A stretch of 64,000 nucleotides of DNA from an uncultured Nitrososphaeraceae archaeon (GTDB lineage: Archaea; Thermoproteota; Nitrososphaeria; Nitrososphaerales; Nitrososphaeraceae): positions 512,001 through 576,000 of the forward strand of contig CAVZZA010000005.1 of the NCBI GenBank assembly GCA_963779615.1, written 5' to 3'. Within the stretch, counting starts at the first letter, position 1. Every line of letters starts with the position of its first letter. The position numbers and the translations under genes are program-made. Positions 45,447-56,255 of the stretch are shown here, in pieces. The notes under the pieces are model-generated. The model was not told where the DNA came from. It was given only the letters and a program-made list of their open reading frames with translations, and did no database searches.

Positions 45447-46010
45447 TTAATTATCTGTAGGCCTATCAGAATGTCTTTTTCCCTGGAAATAAGTCAGTGT
45501 GTATGTTAAACCTCCACAAATGACTCCCATGCTCAAGACTCCAATGGAAAAAGCTATTGGAGTAATTAACTCGTTCAATACTTCAACATTCTGTGCACCT
45601 ATTTTTCCTTCGGTAAAAACAGACAATACGCCAGCGCCAGATAACCCAGCAAATATCATAAGTATGGTTGCCAGGGGACCTCCAATATTCATGCCGACCA
45701 AATGGATCCATGCTAAAGCATTTGGCATGCCAGAAATCTTTCGTTTAAGATTGACTTCCAAATGTATGTAAAAAATGGCAGTAACCGCTATGGCGACAAT
45801 GAGAATAAGATAAAATATTATGCCAAGAAAAAACCATTTTGCAGGGCCTTCAAAAGACAAAGATAAAAACTGTATCATGTTCAAATTGCTTGCAAAAACA
45901 AATTGAGCTCCCACCATTGATAATGCCATTGAGGTCACTATACCCCCTTGGATTATGGCTGCAGCGATGAATCTATTACCCCAGGTTGTATTATGCGTAT
46001 CGTTCATCAT
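45447..46010 (-). CDS. Membrane protein (about 4 TM)
   Basis: WGNRFIAAAIIQG..LAWIHLVGMN. Confidence 0.8.
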   Translation of the reverse strand: MMNDTHNTTWGNRFIAAAIIQGGIVTSMALSMVGAQFVFASNLNMIQFLSLSFEGPAKWFFLGIIFYLILIVAIAVTAIFYIHLEVNLKRKISGMPNALAWIHLVGMNIGGPLATILMIFAGLSGAGVLSVFTEGKIGAQNVEVLNELITPIAFSIGVLSMGVICGGLTYTLTYFQGKRHSDRPTDN

Positions 46011-46716
46011 AAGACATTGTTATTTTCTGTCAACTTATTATAGGTTGATTTAAAATTTCCAGCATGTTTTGAATGAACTGTGCACAAATGATGTTCCTAC
46101 AAAAAAATTGTGACCTGTCGCCATTTCCCATCAGGACAACATTGAATGCTCTTTTGATTCAAATCATTCAAATCCAAATGAATAAAGAGATAAAAAATGC
46201 ACTAAACATCAAAAACACTTTTCACTTTGGATACGGAAACACTGCCAAACCAATTGCATTAAGTGGTTATTCATAACTTTAATTTAGAATGTTGTTAAAT
46301 CAGTATGCCATCACAAGAAAAAGCCAGGATACAAAAGGGTTAAAATTAACAGATAATGCGAATTGATTCTTTATCTCACCTGTCTTGTCAACTGATTAAA
46401 TTGATGGAAGGAATGAGAAAAATGAAAAAAGTTAGGTTATGTGTTGAAAACGGGTCAACAAAATAGGACATGCACATGACCTGGTTACCGCACCCAAAAG
46501 CTTGAAGCTATCGGAATAAAAAGATTGGTCAATGAGGCTCCATGGGTTCAAGGTGTTAGAAAAAAATCTCAAGCAGGTAAAAAGGCCAGTAAAAAGAAGA
46601 CAATGATGGTGACTATCATCAAATCATTATTTTAATACATTCATATATAATTAATAGAGATGATTTATCTGCCATTATTTCTGTTATCATACCTGAAATT
46701 CTTGTTTTTTAAATAA

Positions 46717-47295
46717 TTATTTATTGTTTTTTAAGTTCTCAAACTCTTTTTTAAATGCGTTTACTGTTTCAACATCAAGCAAGCAAAATTCTACAATCTT
46801 GATATTTGAAGGCAAACCTTCTCTGCGAGTTAAAAAGTTCATTGTTTCTTTTACCAGTATTTTTGCACACCTGTCCTTGGGGAAGCCAAATACTCCTGAA
46901 CTTATTGCAGGTATTGATATGCTTTTAAATGCTTTTTGTGTGGCGAGTTCAAGACAGCTATTGATGGCGTTACTTAACTTTTCATCTTCATTACCTTCGC
47001 CCATTTTTGGGCCCACAGTATGAATTACCGCTTTGCATTGCAAATTTCCACTTGAGGTTATTGCAGATGACCCCACTTTTACAAAACCAATTCTGCTGCT
47101 TTCTTCTTGTATGGTTTTTCCTCCTTTTCTTGCTATTGCACCAGCTACACCTGCGCCATGTATCAAGTAAGAATTTGCGGCATTGACTATGACATCAACT
47201 TTTCTATCGGTGATATCACCTTCAACCAATCTTAACAACGTGTCACCATTAACCACAAGGTCGTCTATTGTCCTGGAATTCAATCTGTTATTCAT
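46717..47295 (-). CDS. Macro domain (ADP-ribose binding/hydrolase) protein
   Basis: GDIT..DVIVNAAN..HGAGVAGAI, VIHTVGP, PAISSGVFGFP. Confidence 0.95.
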   Translation of the reverse strand: MNNRLNSRTIDDLVVNGDTLLRLVEGDITDRKVDVIVNAANSYLIHGAGVAGAIARKGGKTIQEESSRIGFVKVGSSAITSSGNLQCKAVIHTVGPKMGEGNEDEKLSNAINSCLELATQKAFKSISIPAISSGVFGFPKDRCAKILVKETMNFLTRREGLPSNIKIVEFCLLDVETVNAFKKEFENLKNNK

Positions 47296-47806
47296 AATGT
47301 TTTTTCATGTTATTAAAAATTAAGATAAGGTGGAATTAACTATAAAACATTCAAACTACTTTTGACCAAAATCTTTCAGGATGTGTTTTGATTTTCCCAA
47401 AGAAACCTTTATACAAATCGGCAACATCTCAGATGAGGTTCAGAGAAAAATTTCAAAATCAACCACCATGTGATTGAATTCATGGTATTTTATAGAAATA
47501 TTTCAAAATTTACATGATACTAATAAACAAGCTCAAAGAACAAATAATTTTAATTCTGTAACTGCATGAACAGTGTTTTTATCAACCTTTGCTTTGATGG
47601 AACTTGAAATATTCAGGATTTATTTTGATATTTCAGTTGTGCCCTGAAATTATTATTTTTGTGTCGTTGTTGCTGCTTTAATGAATATTCCCATCCTTCA
47701 TTTCCATTTGCTGTGTTTAAAAGTTTGGAGGCAACAAAAAAAGATGAAGGTTATTTGTGGTCACAATGGGGCAATATTTGAATTACAGCAACAGTGCTCC
47801 CAGCTG

Positions 47807-48142
47807 CTAGTTGTTCCTGCTTCCGCCAACACCATTAGGTGCATTAGTCGACTGTTGGCATGAAAAATAATCTTTTCCTTGCCCTGATATGCAACCCGAC
47901 AGGAATCCTTCATAGTAAGCCCGTTCGTTGATACCACACTGACTAAACGCGCTTTGATTGTATGCATGGTTTTGTTTTCCGTCAGCAAAACCTGAATTAT
48001 AACAAGCTTGGTTCTTTGGGTCATTCCTGTTTTGATCATCACGGTCTTCGTCATTGCTGCCATATGCAACCATGGTTCCCATAGGTGCAACAGCACTGAT
48101 TATACCTAGAACTGCTATCATTGTGAGGTACATTTTTCGCAT
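47807..48142 (-). CDS. Small secreted Cys-containing protein
   Basis: Signal peptide; CYNSGFADG..AYYEGFLSGC. Confidence 0.75.
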   Translation of the reverse strand: MRKMYLTMIAVLGIISAVAPMGTMVAYGSNDEDRDDQNRNDPKNQACYNSGFADGKQNHAYNQSAFSQCGINERAYYEGFLSGCISGQGKDYFSCQQSTNAPNGVGGSRNN

Positions 48143-48354
48143 CAGTTGAATGCACTCCCTCTAGTTACCACATATTTAAGATTAAGATCGGCTATTAGCA
48201 TAACTCTTTAGTAGTAAAGAACTAGTTAAGCTTTGCTGCAAATCCATATAAAAAACTATGCTGTTGTAATCTATTCCATAACTCGGTATCATAAAATTAG
48301 TTCTGTCAGGTTTGTGCCCCTCTTTTTCCAAACATGCTGTACAATAATATGGTT

Positions 48355-48520
48355 ATCTTCCTTAGGCGTTGGTTATTGTGCATGTGGCTGTTTGGCCTCC
48401 ACTGCCTATTGTGCCATTGCACCCTTCCGAAAATGTCGTTGTGAGGGGCGCCATAGCGGAGACGGTGGTGTCACCATTGTTTGCCACGTACATAAGGCCG
48501 TTGTTCGGGTCAAAGGCAAG
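48355..48520 (-). pseudogene. YVTN-protein C-terminal fragment, homologous to 32190-32350
   Basis: GGCGTTGGTTA.TGTGCATGTGGCTG.. shared; internal stop. Confidence 0.75.
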
Positions 48521-48619
48521 TGTTTGATATTATTTTTGAGAATGATAAATCATATGCGTCTTATCTTGGTTGCAATTACAACCCTATCCTCATAGAATCC
48601 ATTATTGTGGCGACAATTT

Positions 48620-48950
48620 TTCATAACTACAAGATTCATTTTGGAAATGGTCAGATTCCGCCAGTAAAGCCTGGTGACTTTTGGTCTCTCCCAGTGTATG
48701 ATGAAAAGGGATTTCTTGTAAATAACCCACTAAACCGCCATGTAACAAATGAGGAAACGGAATGACTAAAAAAAGGTGATCACGGATCCGTTGATATTCA
48801 TCTCTCCGCTAAAGATCCAGGTGTCGACAAGGAATCAAACTGGCTTCCAATTCCCACTACAAAGTTTAACGTGGCTCTTTTAATCGATATTCCGGAAGAT
48901 CAGGTAATGTCAGAAAAAGTACAAGGCCCCCAATACAAAGGGTAACGTAA
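48620..48950 (+). pseudogene. DUF1214 C-terminal fragment
   Basis: NYKIHF..PPVK..FWSLPVYD..NPLNR..*..GSVDI..KESNWLP. Confidence 0.75.
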
Positions 48951-48984
48951 TCTGACTTGTTCCTGATGAAGGGGATTAAGTCGG

Positions 48985-49100
48985 GTTGCACCTTTATCAT
49001 GGAACCATACCTACAATGAAACCAGGTCAAACCTTAGGACATGAGTATATTGTAGGCCATACAAGAAGATGGATCTGCAGTAACTGAAGTAAAAGAGATA
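48985..49100 (+). pseudogene. Zn-ADH N-terminal fragment
   Basis: LHLYHGTIPTMKPGQTLGHE, homologous to 34454-34513. Confidence 0.7.
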
Positions 49101-49182
49101 ACCAGCGGGACATGATTTTCATTTATATCCTCATTATAAAATTTTAAAGAAAATTAAAAAATTAAAAAATTAAGATTGCAGG

Positions 49183-49737
49183 TTATTTCATCTGTATGTT
49201 TCGTGGCCTCCCGGTTACCCCTGCCGAAATTATTTGTATGCTGGTTACAAGCAAGGATATCCCTATCAGTATCCCTGCAAGCGCAAGTCCAATTCCAGGG
49301 TAAGCAATTACTATTATGCCAAAGATTATGGACAGAATGCCCACTCCAATGCCAAACTGCTTTGACCAGCCCTTGCTGTGCTTGTCTTTGACACCGCGAA
49401 TAACCCTTGATATTCCGTCAACCAAAAGTGCAATGCCAAGCAACAACACCACAATAACACTTGCCCCTGCAGGGTATGCCATGGCAACCAACGCCACAAC
49501 TATAACAATTATCCCCAACCCTACGCTTAAGAAACGGGATTTTACAGGCAACAGAATACCGCTAATCACCATTTCGATTCCGGCAAACAACAAGAGAAGG
49601 GCAAGAAAGAAAATGACAGAAATGCTTCCCAGAATTGGATTGATTAACACAATTATTGACAATGCCAGGATAATTATACCCAAGCCAATTTGGGCTATTC
49701 GTACCCAACCGGGTGACTTTTCAATGCTCAAACACAA
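49183..49737 (-). CDS. HdeD/DUF308 family membrane protein
   Basis: Threefold repeated helical-hairpin TM pattern. Confidence 0.85.
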   Translation of the reverse strand: MCLSIEKSPGWVRIAQIGLGIIILALSIIVLINPILGSISVIFFLALLLLFAGIEMVISGILLPVKSRFLSVGLGIIVIVVALVAMAYPAGASVIVVLLLGIALLVDGISRVIRGVKDKHSKGWSKQFGIGVGILSIIFGIIVIAYPGIGLALAGILIGISLLVTSIQIISAGVTGRPRNIQMK

Positions 49738-50154
49738 TTACCTCCAACAGTTGCTATGCCTTGTTTTGAACACAGGCCATTTGTAAAAACGAGATGTACT
49801 ATTTGCAGATAATTTTTCCTGATTGGAAAAATATTCAGATCATTTGCATTATTCATACTATATCCAATTAGGATACCTGCACACCAATAGATAAGATTTT
49901 GACAACACCTTGATGAAACCTACCAAGCATTGCGAACTTATCAATACTTGGTTGTTTAGCAGCCCATTTGCAAATAGGATAAACGCAACATCAAATAACA
50001 ATGAAAAGCCAGACATGCATCATACATGACAATCCAAAACACGCAATTCACAAATTTCCAGTTGGAACAACGATAGGAAAAGTCATTACCACGGGTCGGA
50101 ATCTGAAGTATTAAAACTTATAACGCATGTTTTAACCTTACCTATTATAATATC

Positions 50155-50541
50155 ATGGAAGAATCCGGCGGAAACATTGGGGAGTTAATCCTAAACCAAA
50201 TCATTGAACACACAGTTTTTGCTTTAGAGTCCATAATAACAATATTTATCATAATAATCGTGGTTATCACTTTAGTATCCTTTTTTAGAATAATGCTTTC
50301 GAGATTTAAGAAAAGAGACAAAGAGCAACAACCTACGAAGATACACAATACGGTGGTACGAATGCTAAGGGGTTTGCTGGTGTCCCTTGATTTCCTAATT
50401 GCCGCTGACATTCTAAAGACCATGCTGGTTCCGTCAATCAACGACCTTGGAATACTTGTGGTTGTTGTAGTCATAAGGATATTGTTAAGCTGGTCGATGT
50501 CAAAGGAGATACAGGACCAGCGTGGTAACGACGGCAAATAA
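50155..50541 (+). CDS. DUF1622 membrane protein
   Basis: GLLVSLDFLIAADILKT..P..DLGIL..IR..LSW..EI. Confidence 0.9.
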   Translation: MEESGGNIGELILNQIIEHTVFALESIITIFIIIIVVITLVSFFRIMLSRFKKRDKEQQPTKIHNTVVRMLRGLLVSLDFLIAADILKTMLVPSINDLGILVVVVVIRILLSWSMSKEIQDQRGNDGK

Positions 50542-51100
50542 ACACTGGCAGGTGGGATGATAAAGCATGCAAAAAAGAGTTTGCACCATGTGACATGTGA
50601 CATGCCCATGATTGAAATCTCCGGTTATTTGCAAAAATTTCAATTTTAACCCTCTCTTTTTTCACAAATAAACCCAGTGTCCCCTAAATAAACAAACGGG
50701 TTTGTGAAAACACATAAAACACCGAAAAAGCCTGGATGCAGGCACCATTATTTGATACCCATCGCACACATCAAATGATGTGGCAATTCTGATGCAAACT
50801 TGGCCAAAAAGGCATATGCAACACTCGCAGGTAACCAGAGACACGAATGCAGAGTATGCGTCAGGGTAACCATTTGCATTTAAAAACAAGTTTAGCACGG
50901 GAGAATCATTCTCACACTATTGAAACAAAAGGTTCTGCAGGAGAAAAAGAATGCAGACCATGCTATTCGGCAAAGGAGGTTGCATATGCAAATGCCGACA
51001 ACTGTGTTTTTTTAATGTGTCCACTTTAATAACAGAATCTTTGATCCCTGTCCAGGAATCGGTATCTACTGGTACAGAACACAGGTGTTTTTTTTAGGAT

Positions 51101-51346
51101 CTATGCATTTAACTTGTCTATTTTTTTTGCCAAACTTATATCCTTTTCACTGATTTTGTTTAGGTCATGGGTAATCAGCTTTATCTCTACCTTGTTGTAC
51201 ACGTTTGTGATTTCAGGATGGTGATCCATCTTTTCAGCTTCAAGTGCGATTTTGGAAATAAAGCCAAAGGCCTCAACGAAGTTCTTGAATTTAAAATCTT
51301 TGCACAGTTTTCCATCTATTTCTTTCCAGTCTTGTAATTCGCTCAA
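51101..51346 (-). CDS. phhB: Pterin-4-alpha-carbinolamine dehydratase
   Basis: FKFKNFVEAFGF..AEKMDHHPEI..YNKV..THD. Confidence 0.93.
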   Translation of the reverse strand: MSELQDWKEIDGKLCKDFKFKNFVEAFGFISKIALEAEKMDHHPEITNVYNKVEIKLITHDLNKISEKDISLAKKIDKLNA

Positions 51347-51410
51347 ACTATTTGATTGTTTTACTGTATAATTTAAATACTTTTACGCGACTCAACCCGG
51401 GAAACATTAG

Positions 51411-52433
51411 TCAGGCTTTTATCTTTTTTTGGCTTATGATCAACCTTATGTTTTCATCAATGATGGAGTGTATAATCAGTCTATACTTTAGGAGTTTGTT
51501 GTTTATGTCATCATTGTTGTCTTCTGGTTGATGAACGTCGTCTTTGAAGAACTCTTCATATTCGTGTATCAGGCCATCTATTCTGGATAGGGAAATCCTG
51601 AGTGTAAGCTGGACTTTTTTGAGAAAGAGTGATTTTCTATCGCTGACATCCAAAGCGCTTTTGCTATTCCCAAAAAACAATCCGTTGTAAATTGTTTCTG
51701 ATTCCTTTTCCACCACTCCATTGTCTTTATCCGCTTTTTGTTTAAAATTGCCATTAAATGCAACATCATTATCGTCACCGCATGTGTCAATGTTATGGGA
51801 TGTAGTAGCACTGCCCCTGACATTCAGGATGTTTTTGATGTTCCTTAAATCCCTTACAGACAGTTTTTTGCTTATGGCGCTGCTTGCCACAATTTTCTGC
51901 TCATTTTCACCAAAGCCCAAGATTTCCAGGGCATGGGAAACCTTTAGCTCCTCACCTTCGATTTTCTGCAGAATATCCTCTGGCAGGTTTAAAAGTTGTA
52001 TCCTGCTGGAAACATACTGCTCACTTTTCATTATTGCATTTGCCAGTTGGGTGATTCCTCCCCAGCCATACTCTGTAACGTATAGTTTAAACGATCTTGC
52101 TTCCTCGACAGAGTTCAAGGTGCGTCTCTGTATGTTTTCAACCATCTGGATCTCAAAAGCATCCTTGTCTGACAATTCTTTCACATGGGCAGTAATTGCC
52201 TTCCACCTGAGTAGCTTGCACGCAAAAAACCGCCTGTGTCCTGCAACAATTTCAAACCCATTTTGGGCAGGTCTAACTATGATTGGCTGCAATAACCCAT
52301 GCCTTCCTATACTGGCTGCCAGTGCTCTTATGGTAGACCGTTGCGCACCTTCACTGGATCTCGTTTGAATCATAGCGGGTGATATCGTGTTCAATGGCAA
52401 ACTTTCTTCTATGGCGGGTTTATCAATAAGCAA
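51411..52433 (-). CDS. ParB/RepB/Spo0J family protein
   Basis: GLLQPIIVRP..IVAGHRRF, ENIQRRTL..EEA, HTH. Confidence 0.92.
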   Translation of the reverse strand: MLIDKPAIEESLPLNTISPAMIQTRSSEGAQRSTIRALAASIGRHGLLQPIIVRPAQNGFEIVAGHRRFFACKLLRWKAITAHVKELSDKDAFEIQMVENIQRRTLNSVEEARSFKLYVTEYGWGGITQLANAIMKSEQYVSSRIQLLNLPEDILQKIEGEELKVSHALEILGFGENEQKIVASSAISKKLSVRDLRNIKNILNVRGSATTSHNIDTCGDDNDVAFNGNFKQKADKDNGVVEKESETIYNGLFFGNSKSALDVSDRKSLFLKKVQLTLRISLSRIDGLIHEYEEFFKDDVHQPEDNNDDINNKLLKYRLIIHSIIDENIRLIISQKKIKA

Positions 52434-52599
52434 TTACTATTGTGTTATTGAGGAGATCCGGTATTTATCTACGCTGTTAAAAACAAGCAATAAGACTAAC
52501 ACAATTTTATATTTATTCCATAGGCATTAACTCTTTTTTTATTCAGCTGATACTAACAATACACACTTTATAAGAGAAATAAACAAAGTTCACAATAAA

Positions 52600-53388
52600 A
52601 TGTCATTGTCACTAGAGGATAAGGTTGCGGTGGTGACCGGGTCCACCGGGGGAATCGGGTTTGCGATAGCAAAAGAGTTTGCTGAAAATAATGGCGCAAT
52701 GACTATTGTTTGCTCTAGAGCTTATGTGCAAGCTGAAAGAGCAATAAAAAAGATAAACAGCAGCAAGGTGTTTGCTGCCGAAGTTGATGTGACAAGCGAT
52801 AATAGCGTAAAAAAATTTGTGGAGCAGATATTGTCTAGATTTGGACGAATCGATGTTTTGGTAAACAATGCAGGCTACCCCTTTGATAAAAGCATTTGGT
52901 ACAAAAGGTTTCACGAGGTCACAGATGAAGAGCTGCAAAAGATTCTGGAGGTTGATCTCCAGGGAACTGTGCGAATGTCCAAGGCGGTTATTCCATCCAT
53001 GCTTGAAAAAGACTCAAGCAAAAATGGAGGTGCCGGAGGAGGTGTAATAATAAACATTTCTTCAACGCCTGCAATTGCAGGGCACACCCAGGGCGCCCCA
53101 TACACTATTGCAAAATCTGGAAACATAGCGCTGACAAAGTGTATCGCAATGGAATATGGCAGCGAAAACATCAGGTCGTACACAATGGCCCTTGGCAACA
53201 TTTCAACTTTGGCAACATTAAGCTCAATGACTGAAACGGATAGAATCAACGCCGCAGAGGAGCCCACAATGAAAAGATGGGGGAAACCTGAAGAGGTGGC
53301 AAAGGTTGCTGCAAGCATAGCAGGTGACAGCTTTTCTTATGCAACAGGCAACACCATTGTAATAGATGGCGGGGTTGTGCTATGGTGA
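52600..53388 (+). CDS. SDR family oxidoreductase
   Basis: TGSTGGIG, NNAG, YTIAK. Confidence 0.93.
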   Translation: MSLSLEDKVAVVTGSTGGIGFAIAKEFAENNGAMTIVCSRAYVQAERAIKKINSSKVFAAEVDVTSDNSVKKFVEQILSRFGRIDVLVNNAGYPFDKSIWYKRFHEVTDEELQKILEVDLQGTVRMSKAVIPSMLEKDSSKNGGAGGGVIINISSTPAIAGHTQGAPYTIAKSGNIALTKCIAMEYGSENIRSYTMALGNISTLATLSSMTETDRINAAEEPTMKRWGKPEEVAKVAASIAGDSFSYATGNTIVIDGGVVLW

Positions 53389-54013
53389 TACACACTATTA
53401 CCACTGTTCGATGACATATACACACACGTACAAAATAGAAAATAGAAAATCTGTTTGAACCAATTTTTTAACCTTCAACGGCAAAGAATTCAATAGTGTT
53501 TTGCAAATCGTAAATGAATGTTTTGCAATACCAGTAACATGGGTTAATGTAATGCACATCTTTGAATCCAGGTTTTACTGCCAGCCAAATGGCACCATAT
53601 AACGTTCTTAACTTGTAGTGCTCGAGTAACCTGTTTTGTTTACCATAGGTTAATTCCAGTTTAACATCTGGATATTGTGTAAACGAATTAGCGTAATTTA
53701 ACCGGAACAATCCTGTCAACATGCAAGGCGAAACCAAAACAAGGAATGAAAAGGAATGTCTTTTTGCGGCGGTAACTAGATCATATGTTTAGTGCCGTCT
53801 ATGGGTTTTTACAGAAATGGGCAGCTAAACCTACATATCCTAAGCAATTGCATGATGGGTTGATTATATAATGCAAACAAAATGTGCCAATGATGAAATG
53901 AATTAGATTGGTGATTAATTATTACACCACTCTTTACAGATAATACAACCACCATAACCTTGGTTCGGCAACATCCCAGTTAACAAAAGTTAATTAGCCT
54001 TGTTTTTGAAAGT

Positions 54014-54793
54014 ATGCTGGTTATTAAAATGGGTTACATGGATCTTATGAGTAAAGTTGAAAATGTTGACTTAATTGGAAAAATGATTAGAGATTATATG
54101 GCAGGCGCCGATGGAAATGTACAGAATGTGTTTGATTTGGAGGATGCTTTCGCTAGAACCATTTGGATGGATGCATGTGTAAAAAGGATAAAGGAGAATC
54201 CGGATTCCGCAAGGTTGATTGAGGAAAGATACATGGGCCCAGAGTATAACCTAGACGATCTTTTGAAGCAACCCAAAGATTCGTTTGGATACACTTATGC
54301 TAAAGTGATGACTCTCAAGGGCTTTGCACCCCATTTTTATAGGGATAGACCTAGTGTTGACGATGAACGAGATTACATTACCATGCGTGTTCGCAAAACA
54401 CATGATTTGTATCACACACTTAGTGGGTTTAGCATGACTCTTGGTGAGGTGGGAGTTATAGCCCTTAATATTGTCCAACAATCTTACCCTGCTTTCACCT
54501 TAATAGATAATGTCATATTGACCACAACATGTTTTCCCGGCTTAGCCAGTCTTGGAACAGGAGAAAAAGGCAAGCAGGTAACTGATATGATCAATGCGGG
54601 CATGGTGTTCGATACCCTATCTGCGGGAGTAAACATGGGACGTAAAGCAAAAACACTCTTTCCTTTGAAGTTTGAAGAGATGCTCAAAATGCCACTCGAA
54701 GAGGTCAGAGAGGATCTGAATATTAATCCCATTAAGGAAGGGCTAGGTAGCTGGTACCAGGATCCCGTATTAAAGGACGCAGGACTCCATTGA
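54014..54793 (+). CDS. Coq4 family protein
   Basis: LDDLLKQPKDSFGYTY; THDLYHTLSGF..GE (HDxxH-x-E). Confidence 0.85.
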   Translation: MLVIKMGYMDLMSKVENVDLIGKMIRDYMAGADGNVQNVFDLEDAFARTIWMDACVKRIKENPDSARLIEERYMGPEYNLDDLLKQPKDSFGYTYAKVMTLKGFAPHFYRDRPSVDDERDYITMRVRKTHDLYHTLSGFSMTLGEVGVIALNIVQQSYPAFTLIDNVILTTTCFPGLASLGTGEKGKQVTDMINAGMVFDTLSAGVNMGRKAKTLFPLKFEEMLKMPLEEVREDLNINPIKEGLGSWYQDPVLKDAGLH

Positions 54794-55237
54794 GCAACAA
54801 TGCTAAAGGATAAAGGATAAACAGCCATAATTTATCATGGCGCTCTTTTAATGCCCTTTTAATAATTTGCCTTTCCCCATTTCTTTATCTTGGCTTTTAG
54901 ACAACTGGATGTTTTGTTGTTGAATGGTAACAACATAAGCAAATAACCATGTCCTTAAGGCGTGTTTGGCGCCACAATAAATTGTGTATTCAATTGTGGA
55001 AAAACTTTCACAATAAATGAAGTCTCACCTTCCACATGCATACTGGTAGTGTATCAAATTCATCAAGGCCAAGCTTAATGTAAACCATAATTGATTCTTG
55101 TAATGCAGATATGATTAGCAGTGTTACTTTTTTTGAATAACACTCATATCAATCCCCTTCATCCCCTGGAAAACACAAAAAATTCACAAAAAATTTTGAA
55201 ATCTTTTTTACCAGCCTGCCATGACACCTATCTTATA

Positions 55238-55966
55238 ATGGCAAATCAGAATAATGCTAAACACGATTTCTCAAACAAGGTTGTGCTGGTAACCGGCGGG
55301 ACCGGGGCTTTGGGAAGATCCATAGCACAGGCTTTTGTTGAATCCAACGCTACGGTAATATCCACATATGTTAATGACAGGGAAACAAGCCAGGGAGGCT
55401 CGGAAAACAAATCAGCGGTACAGCTAATCAAAGCAGATGTGACAAATGATGAGGAGGTAGGCAAGTTAGTTTCAAACATTATTGGCAAATACGGTCATAT
55501 CCACATACTGGTCAACGTGGTTGGCGGTTATATTGGAGGCAAGAGCCTACCAGATCTTGACGAAAAAGAATGGGATAAAATGATGACTCTAAATCTAAAA
55601 ACTGCTTTTCTGATAAGCAAGTATGTTACTCCGCAGATGATCTCATCAAAATATGGAAAGATAGTACACGTCTCTTCCAGAAACGGGCTAAAATCCGAGG
55701 GACACGATTCTGCCTATGCGGCATCAAAAGCTGGTTTGATCAGGCTTGTGGAGGCACTGGCGGAGGAAACAAAGGAGTCAAACATTAACGTAAATTGCAT
55801 AATGCCAAGCACAATAGACACTGCGGCAACCAGAAAAGCGATGCCAAATGCAGATTTTAGCAAGTGGGTAAAGCCTGAGGACTTGGCAAACGTGGTGTTG
55901 TTTTTAAGTTCAGAGGAGGGAAAAGTCATAACGGGTGCTGCCATACCCACTTATGGAGTAGCCTGA
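55238..55966 (+). CDS. SDR family oxidoreductase
   Basis: TGGTGALG, YAASK, PSTIDT; likely start MANQNN. Confidence 0.92.
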   Translation: MANQNNAKHDFSNKVVLVTGGTGALGRSIAQAFVESNATVISTYVNDRETSQGGSENKSAVQLIKADVTNDEEVGKLVSNIIGKYGHIHILVNVVGGYIGGKSLPDLDEKEWDKMMTLNLKTAFLISKYVTPQMISSKYGKIVHVSSRNGLKSEGHDSAYAASKAGLIRLVEALAEETKESNINVNCIMPSTIDTAATRKAMPNADFSKWVKPEDLANVVLFLSSEEGKVITGAAIPTYGVA

Positions 55967-56255
55967 ACAAACTTAGGTCAAAACTAGCAAACCATTGTTC
56001 TTTTGATAGACTGATTATAAATTGAATAATCTGCAAAATATTTTAAAAACAAGTACAGTCTTTTTTTTGCCAAATTTTGGCATAGTGTTTTCTACTGCTG
56101 TTGTTAATTAGTTTGCCAAACTCAATGTTGCCTTAAAACAATGCATGAAACTGCCATAATCATGGATAACAGATTCGGCATCGACGACAGGCAGAATCCA
56201 TAGACAGGGTATTTGGCTTCAAAGCATAATAGGATCATAGTCCAGTTCAACTTAT

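Noticed and set aside
32190-48520. Similar segments 32190-32350 and 48360-48520 as a DGR template/variable pair
   Set aside because: Mismatches involve all four bases rather than being adenine-specific, and no reverse transcriptase is in the window
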